Below the pieces are notes generated by a model. That model saw only the letters and a program-made list of their open reading frames with translations, ran no database searches and was not told where the DNA came from. From Escherichia coli O157:H7 (lineage in GTDB: Bacteria; Pseudomonadota; Gammaproteobacteria; Enterobacterales; Enterobacteriaceae), in assembly GCF_013167455.1 (NCBI RefSeq), contig NZ_CP038328.1: DNA of 64,000 bases; one strand, given 5' to 3'. A program made the position numbers and the translations under genes. The first letter of the stretch is position 1. Every line of letters starts with the position of its first letter. Positions 57,795-64,000 of the stretch are shown here, in pieces.

Positions 57795-57835
57795 TCCTTA
57801 TAAGCCTTCAATTACAGAGTATTATCGGCAGCGAC
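57795..57835 (-). promoter_or_regulatory. Putative sigma-28 (FliA) class 3 promoter for flgKL
   Basis: Minus strand TCAAGT-N14-GCCGATAA, close to the recalled FliA consensus TAAAGTTT-N11-GCCGATAA. Confidence 0.5.
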
Positions 57836-57853
57836 CCGCCGGACTTGAGTTAT

Positions 57854-58795
57854 TCAGAACAGATTATCAATGTTCATGCTGTAGGTTTTGCTCACCTTGT
57901 CGCTTATCGATTTCATCTGCTGAATCATGTTGGTGAGTTTACGGGCATAGTGAGGATCGGTGGCATAGCCCGCGTCCTGTAGGGCCTGCGCCCCCTGCTC
58001 CGCACTCGCGGCGGTCGTCACGGCGGCGTAGCGCGGGTTACGTGTTAACAGCCCAACGTAATCCGACAATGCTTCCAGATACGAGCTGTAGACCCGAAAC
58101 TTCGCTTTTACTTTCTTCGCTTCGCCATTTTCATATTCAGTCGTGGTGATTTCAGTGACTGGCCCTTTCCAGTTGCCAGAGGCTTTGACACCAAACAGGT
58201 TATAGCTCGGCTCGCCGTTTTCGCGGCGGATTTGCCGTTGCCCCCAGCCAGATTCCAGCGCCGCCTGAGCGAGGATCAAATGATGTGGCACACCGCTTTG
58301 CTGGCTTGCCAGTTGGGCGGGCAGCGAGAGTTGCGCGAGGAATGCTTTACTGTCACCTGGCAGCGAATCATCGTAGTTACGTGGCACGGCCTTTTGCACC
58401 AGCTGCGAAAGCGCCTGATTTTGATAACGCACCACGGTTTCGAGCGGGAATTTCATCGGTGCTGCTGGCGTGGACTCCTCTGGCAATGGTTGTTCTGGCG
58501 TCATCTGCTTAACCATCATCTCTGCAAGCCCCAGACCTTTGCCCGTCGTCATCTGTTGGGCAATCTGCTGGTCATACATACTGGTATACAGGCGAGTGTG
58601 CTCGCTGCTGAACAGGCCATCTTTTGGTAACGCGTCGCGCATGCTTTTCAACATCATCTGCACGAACATCCCTTCCACCTGACGGGCCACCGGACGGATA
58701 TTTGCCGCCGGATCTTCGCTCGCTTTCGCCTTTAGTTCGTTGAGTGATTGCGCATCCCAGGCCGCACTTGCCAGTAGTTTGCTGTCGCTGATCAT
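57854..58795 (-). CDS. flgJ: Flagellar rod assembly protein / muramidase FlgJ
   Basis: Start at [14 protein letters not shown] gives 313 aa. Confidence 0.95.
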   Translation of the reverse strand: MISDSKLLASAAWDAQSLNELKAKASEDPAANIRPVARQVEGMFVQMMLKSMRDALPKDGLFSSEHTRLYTSMYDQQIAQQMTTGKGLGLAEMMVKQMTPEQPLPEESTPAAPMKFPLETVVRYQNQALSQLVQKAVPRNYDDSLPGDSKAFLAQLSLPAQLASQQSGVPHHLILAQAALESGWGQRQIRRENGEPSYNLFGVKASGNWKGPVTEITTTEYENGEAKKVKAKFRVYSSYLEALSDYVGLLTRNPRYAAVTTAASAEQGAQALQDAGYATDPHYARKLTNMIQQMKSISDKVSKTYSMNIDNLF

Positions 58796-59892
58796 CAGAT
58801 GATTTCCAGTTTTGCCCGCAGACATCCCGCACTTTGCATTGATTGCAAAATAGACATCAGATCCATCGGCGTAGCGCCCAGCGCATTGAGCGCGCGCACC
58901 ACGTTATTGAGGCTGGCGCTGGAACGTACGCTTTGCAGCGAACCGCCGCTCTGGCGTAAGTCGATCTGCGTTTGTGGCGTTACCACGGTCTGTCCGCCAC
59001 CAAACGGTGTATCTGGTTGGCTGACATTGGCCTGACGATTGACTGTTACTGAGAGATTTCCCTGCGCTATCGCGCAGCTGTCGAGAGTCACTTCGCGATT
59101 CATCACCACCGAACCGGTGCGCGAGTTAATCACTACTTTAGCGTCCTGCGGGGTGACATTAACCTGCATATTCTGGATATCGGCAAGGAAACGGACCTGG
59201 GAACTGTTGCCACTCGGTACGCGCACCTGAATAGTCCGCGCATCCAACGCGGTGGCGCTGCCATATCCACGCACGCGGTTGATGGTGTCAGCGATTTGCT
59301 GCGCCATGCTGAAATCTTCGTCGTTAAGTTGCAAATTAAGGGTATTCCCGACGCCAAACTGGCTGGGTAATTCACGTTCAATAACTGCACCATTGGTGAT
59401 CCGTCCACCGTTCAGTTGGTTCACCTGAACACTGCTACCGCCAGCGGAGGCTCCTGCGCCGCCAACCAGAATATTGCCCTGCGCCAGCGCATACACCTGA
59501 CTGTCAACGCCCTTAAGCGGAGTCATCAACAATGTGCCGCCACGCAGGCTTTTGGCATTTCCCATGGAAGAAACCACCACGTCAATGGTTTGCCCCTGAC
59601 GTCCAAACGGTGGAAGTGACGCCGTCACCATTACCGCAGCAACGTTTTTTAGCTGCATATTGGTGCCCGTCGGAACGGTAATTCCCAGCTGTGAGAGCAT
59701 GTTATTAAGCGTTTGTGTGGTAAACGGCGTCTGGGTTGTCTGGTCACCGGTGCCATCCAGCCCCACCACCAGACCATAGCCAATCAGTGAGTTTTGCCTT
59801 ACCCCCTGAACACTGGTGAGATCGCGAATACGCTCAGCCTGAGCCGCCGTCGTAACCAGTAGAAGAATTAATGCAGAGAGAAATTTAATCAC
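58795..59892 (-). CDS. flgI: Flagellar P-ring protein FlgI
   Basis: About 365 aa with signal peptide; recognised as FlgI. Confidence 0.95.
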   Translation of the reverse strand: MIKFLSALILLLVTTAAQAERIRDLTSVQGVRQNSLIGYGLVVGLDGTGDQTTQTPFTTQTLNNMLSQLGITVPTGTNMQLKNVAAVMVTASLPPFGRQGQTIDVVVSSMGNAKSLRGGTLLMTPLKGVDSQVYALAQGNILVGGAGASAGGSSVQVNQLNGGRITNGAVIERELPSQFGVGNTLNLQLNDEDFSMAQQIADTINRVRGYGSATALDARTIQVRVPSGNSSQVRFLADIQNMQVNVTPQDAKVVINSRTGSVVMNREVTLDSCAIAQGNLSVTVNRQANVSQPDTPFGGGQTVVTPQTQIDLRQSGGSLQSVRSSASLNNVVRALNALGATPMDLMSILQSMQSAGCLRAKLEII

Positions 59893-59903
59893 CACAGCCT
59901 CAC

Positions 59904-60602
59904 TTACATTGGCGACAGGTTAAGGAAGAAACGCTGCAACCAGCCCATATTTTGCGCTTCGTTAATGTAGCCATTGCCTACGTATTCAATGCGCGCATCC
60001 GCCACCTGAGTAGACGGTACGGTATTGCTGCCGCTGATAGTGCGTGGATTAACCACGCCAGAGAAGCGAATAAATTCGGTACCCTGATTAATGGCAATCT
60101 GTTTTTCACCCACCACATGCAGGTTGCCGTTGACCAGTACCTGGTCAACCGTCACCGTCAACGTGCCGCTAAAGGTATTACTGGCATTGGCCCCGCCTTT
60201 TCCGTTGAACGTGTTACCACCGGAGGCTTCGACATCGGCACGAGCGTTACCAAACAGCCCCTGCAAATAGCGCGGCACAGTATCAAAGCCAAAATTAGTT
60301 TTACCGTCACGGCTGGCATTCGCAGAGGAGCTTTTGCTGGCGCTAACGTTCTCCTGCAACACGATGGTCAGCGTATCGCCAATATTGCGTGGTCGACGAT
60401 CTTCAAACAGCGGTTGATAGCCATAGTTAATCGGCTGAGCAGACTGGAAAATAGAACCGTTGGCGACGGGCGTCGGACCGGGAACCGGTTGTGCACTGGT
60501 CGCCCCCTGCACCAGCGGCGTGGAGGGTATCCAGGCGCAGCCGGTTAGTGAAAGCACCAACAAGCTGGAAATGGCATAAGTATGCGCAGCGTTTTTTTGC
60601 AT
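59904..60602 (-). CDS. flgH: Flagellar L-ring lipoprotein FlgH
   Basis: Start at [22 protein letters not shown] gives 232 aa. Confidence 0.95.
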   Translation of the reverse strand: MQKNAAHTYAISSLLVLSLTGCAWIPSTPLVQGATSAQPVPGPTPVANGSIFQSAQPINYGYQPLFEDRRPRNIGDTLTIVLQENVSASKSSSANASRDGKTNFGFDTVPRYLQGLFGNARADVEASGGNTFNGKGGANASNTFSGTLTVTVDQVLVNGNLHVVGEKQIAINQGTEFIRFSGVVNPRTISGSNTVPSTQVADARIEYVGNGYINEAQNMGWLQRFFLNLSPM

Positions 60603-60654
60603 GGCTATCATCTTCAAAAATCAATAAACCGGTGAACCTGCCACCGGTTATGCC

Positions 60655-61500
<846 letters not shown>

Positions 61501-61574
61501 TCACCCTAACCCTCTCCCCAAAGGGGCGAGGGAACAGTCCGCTCGCTTTTATTGCAATGTCATCAATCGTTCAA

Positions 61575-62330
61575 TTAACTCATCGACAGCAGTTGGTTGG
61601 CACGGCCTGCGTTATCATCGACGCTGCTGATCACCTTCATCTGCATTTCAAAACGCCGCGCGCTGGCAATCATGTCGCTCATTGCCGCAACGGCATTGAC
61701 GTTACTGCCTTCCAGAACCCCCGACATCACACGCAAGGTTGGATCTGCCTGCAGTACCGGTCCACGCGTGGCCTGGGTTTCTGCGCTTAAACGAAAAATG
61801 CCGTCGTCACCGCGCTGCACTTCGCTGCCCGTGGCTTTCACCAGTTTCAGACGCCCCACTGGCGCAACCGTATTTGCCGGATCGCCCGGATTCAGCGCCG
61901 AGATTGTTCCATCGGCAGCTATCGTGATTTCCGCCCCTTCCGGCACAGCAATTGGCCCCGCCTCGCCTATCACCGGATGCCCCTGAATTGTCAGTTGCCC
62001 GGTGGGATCAACCTGAATGCTGCCATTACGCGTATACCCTTCGCTGCCGTCAGCGGTCTGCACGGCCAACCAGCCATCCTGCTGCAACGCAACGTCCAGC
62101 GGGCGCGAGGTGTAATCCATCTTGCCGGGCGTTATGTCTGCACCCGGTGTTGACGCCGTTACCAGCGTGCGCGTGGGCAGTGAAAGCCCTTCCACCGGCA
62201 CTGCGCGCAAGGCGTTTAACTGCGCGCGAAAACCGGGCGTAGAGGCATTGGCCAGATTACTGGCGGTTACCGCCTGTTGATTCAGCGTCTGGCTGGCTGC
62301 TCCCATCGCGGTATAAATTGCGTGATCCAT
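61575..62330 (-). CDS. flgF: Flagellar proximal rod protein FlgF
   Basis: 251 aa; recognised as FlgF. Confidence 0.95.
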   Translation of the reverse strand: MDHAIYTAMGAASQTLNQQAVTASNLANASTPGFRAQLNALRAVPVEGLSLPTRTLVTASTPGADITPGKMDYTSRPLDVALQQDGWLAVQTADGSEGYTRNGSIQVDPTGQLTIQGHPVIGEAGPIAVPEGAEITIAADGTISALNPGDPANTVAPVGRLKLVKATGSEVQRGDDGIFRLSAETQATRGPVLQADPTLRVMSGVLEGSNVNAVAAMSDMIASARRFEMQMKVISSVDDNAGRANQLLSMS

Positions 62331-62349
62331 TGAGCTATCCCGTCAGCGA

Positions 62350-63555
62350 TTAGCGTAAGTTAACCAGCGTGTTGAGGATCTGGTCCTGGGTTTTGATGGT
62401 CTGGGCGTTAGACTGATAGTTACGCTGGGCAACGATCATATTGACCAGTTCTTTACTGAGATCGACGTTGGACGCTTCCAACGCACCGTTGGTCAGGGTG
62501 CCAAAGTTGCCCGTCCCGGCTGTCCCCAACAGCGCCACGCCAGAAGATTGCGTCGCAGACCAGACGTTGTCGCCTTCGGATGCCAGACCTTCGTTGTTGG
62601 CAAAGTTCGCCAGTACAATCTGCCCCAGCAGTTGGGTTTGTTCGTTGGAATAGTTGCCGACAACCGTACCGTCATCATTGATTTGATAACTCACCAGATC
62701 GCCCGGTTTGTAGCCATTCTGGGTGGTTGCCACAATGTTGTTAGCGCCGGTATTTTGCTGCATGGAGTTGAGGAAGCTCAGGCTAAACGTGGCGGGTTCT
62801 GCGCCGTTAATTGCGCCGGTGGTAATATTCTCTGTTGGATTTGAGGTCAGAACGCCATTGGCATTAAACACCAGCTTCATTGCAGGCTCGGCTGTACCTG
62901 TTGGATCACTGCTATCCTGGGTGTAGACCTGCCAGTTATTATCCCCGGTCTTCACAAAGTAGACGCTCATGTCATGAGCATTACCCTGACTGTCGAAAAC
63001 AGTCACCGAACCTTTTTTGTTATAGCTATCCGCATTGCTGGCATCAAATGCGTTAACAGAGGGAAGCGGATCGCTGGAATTCAGGTTGATCTGCATCGAC
63101 GCCGTGGTGGTAGTTTTCGCTGCCATCAGGGTATTCGGGATCGAAATGTTAGTCGGATTCGCCCCTTGCTGAATAGTCGGCGGCGTACCGGTTGCCGGGT
63201 AACCCGTCAGCTGTAAACCTTGCATATTCACCAGGTTACGATTTTCATCCAGCTTAAATTGTCCGTTACGGCTGTAGAACACCGAACCGTTGCTATCTAC
63301 CAGACGGAAAAAACCGTTCTGGCTGATAGCAACGTCCAGACCACGCCCGGTGTTGGTGGTCGTGCCATCGGTAAAGTCCTGAGTGATACCGGCAACTTTT
63401 ACCCCCAGTCCCACTTTCGAACCGGCAAACATATCGGCAAAAGAGGCCGTGCCTGATTTAAAGCCGTAGGTGGCGGAGTTGGCGATATTGTTGCCAATAA
63501 CATCGAGGTTGGTGGCGGCAGCGTTTAATCCGCTAACCGCTTGAGAAAAGGCCAT
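62350..63555 (-). CDS. flgE: Flagellar hook protein FlgE
   Basis: 401 aa; recognised as FlgE. Confidence 0.95.
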   Translation of the reverse strand: MAFSQAVSGLNAAATNLDVIGNNIANSATYGFKSGTASFADMFAGSKVGLGVKVAGITQDFTDGTTTNTGRGLDVAISQNGFFRLVDSNGSVFYSRNGQFKLDENRNLVNMQGLQLTGYPATGTPPTIQQGANPTNISIPNTLMAAKTTTTASMQINLNSSDPLPSVNAFDASNADSYNKKGSVTVFDSQGNAHDMSVYFVKTGDNNWQVYTQDSSDPTGTAEPAMKLVFNANGVLTSNPTENITTGAINGAEPATFSLSFLNSMQQNTGANNIVATTQNGYKPGDLVSYQINDDGTVVGNYSNEQTQLLGQIVLANFANNEGLASEGDNVWSATQSSGVALLGTAGTGNFGTLTNGALEASNVDLSKELVNMIVAQRNYQSNAQTIKTQDQILNTLVNLR

Positions 63556-63579
63556 GACTGACTCCTGAAATGTGAAGGC

Positions 63580-64000
63580 TTAAATTATCTGCCGTACTTC
63601 GTCGAGGGTGGTGGTGCCGTAAGTGCCGAGATCCAGCGTATTACCGTTGTTGCCGCGGATCACACCCTGCACCAGAGCAAACTGCAGCGGCTGGGCAACC
63701 AGTTGTGTACCACCGTTACTGGCGCTAATCGCTACGTTGTAAGAACCGTTCGGCGCAGTGCTGCCGTCAGTCAACGTACCGTCCCAGGTGAAACTGTGAA
63801 CTCCGGCGGTCAGTTCACCAATATCAATGGTGCGCACAACCGCGCCATTTTTATCGGTGATGGTGGCCGTAACTTTGTCTGCCGCCTGTTGCAGCTCAAC
63901 ACCAAACGGCGTGGTCGTGGTCACAGCCCCTTCTTCACTGCCGGTTCCCGCAAGAACAGTGGTGCCGGGGATCATCACGCCGTGACCGATCAGGTTACTG
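63580..64000 (-). CDS. flgD: Flagellar hook capping protein FlgD (partial; N-terminus beyond window end)
   Basis: C-terminal FlgD sequence ending DEVRQII; frame open to the window edge. Confidence 0.9.
   Translation of the reverse strand, partial: SNLIGHGVMIPGTTVLAGTGSEEGAVTTTTPFGVELQQAADKVTATITDKNGAVVRTIDIGELTAGVHSFTWDGTLTDGSTAPNGSYNVAISASNGGTQLVAQPLQFALVQGVIRGNNGNTLDLGTYGTTTLDEVRQII

Overview
This window is Escherichia coli-type chromosome, reverse-complemented relative to the K-12 map as I recall it. Positions 1 to about 13,700 are the int-proximal ~13.7 kb of a lambdoid prophage, with lambda-like Q, P, Xis and Int, a Rac-like RacR/YdaS/YdaT immunity switch, and a Qin-like DUF968/rem/hokD block. 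The prophage abuts potC and was apparently integrated in the 3' end of potB; its other end lies beyond the window start. The remaining ~50 kb is conserved core: potCD, cobB, nagK, lolEDC, ycfT, mfd, ldtC, bhsA, comR, ycfJ, ndh, ycfP, nagZ, thiK, lpoB, ycfL, hinT, fhuE, ptsG, ycfH, holB, tmk, mltG, pabC, fabF, acpP, fabGDH, plsX, rpmF, yceD, yceF, rluC, rne and flgLKJIHGFE plus partial flgD, with REP elements and intrinsic terminators. The best candidate for an undescribed system is a counter-oriented 163-aa coiled-coil/zinc-ribbon gene at 11192-11683, bracketed by 13-bp inverted repeats, sitting where lambdoid phages carry exclusion or defence morons. A second candidate is the cargo between the Q-dependent late promoter and the (unseen) lysis genes: an amber-interrupted TerB-like ORF coupled to a 56-aa membrane peptide. 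All identifications come from reading the translations and sequence by eye; no database search was run, and K-12 comparisons are from memory.
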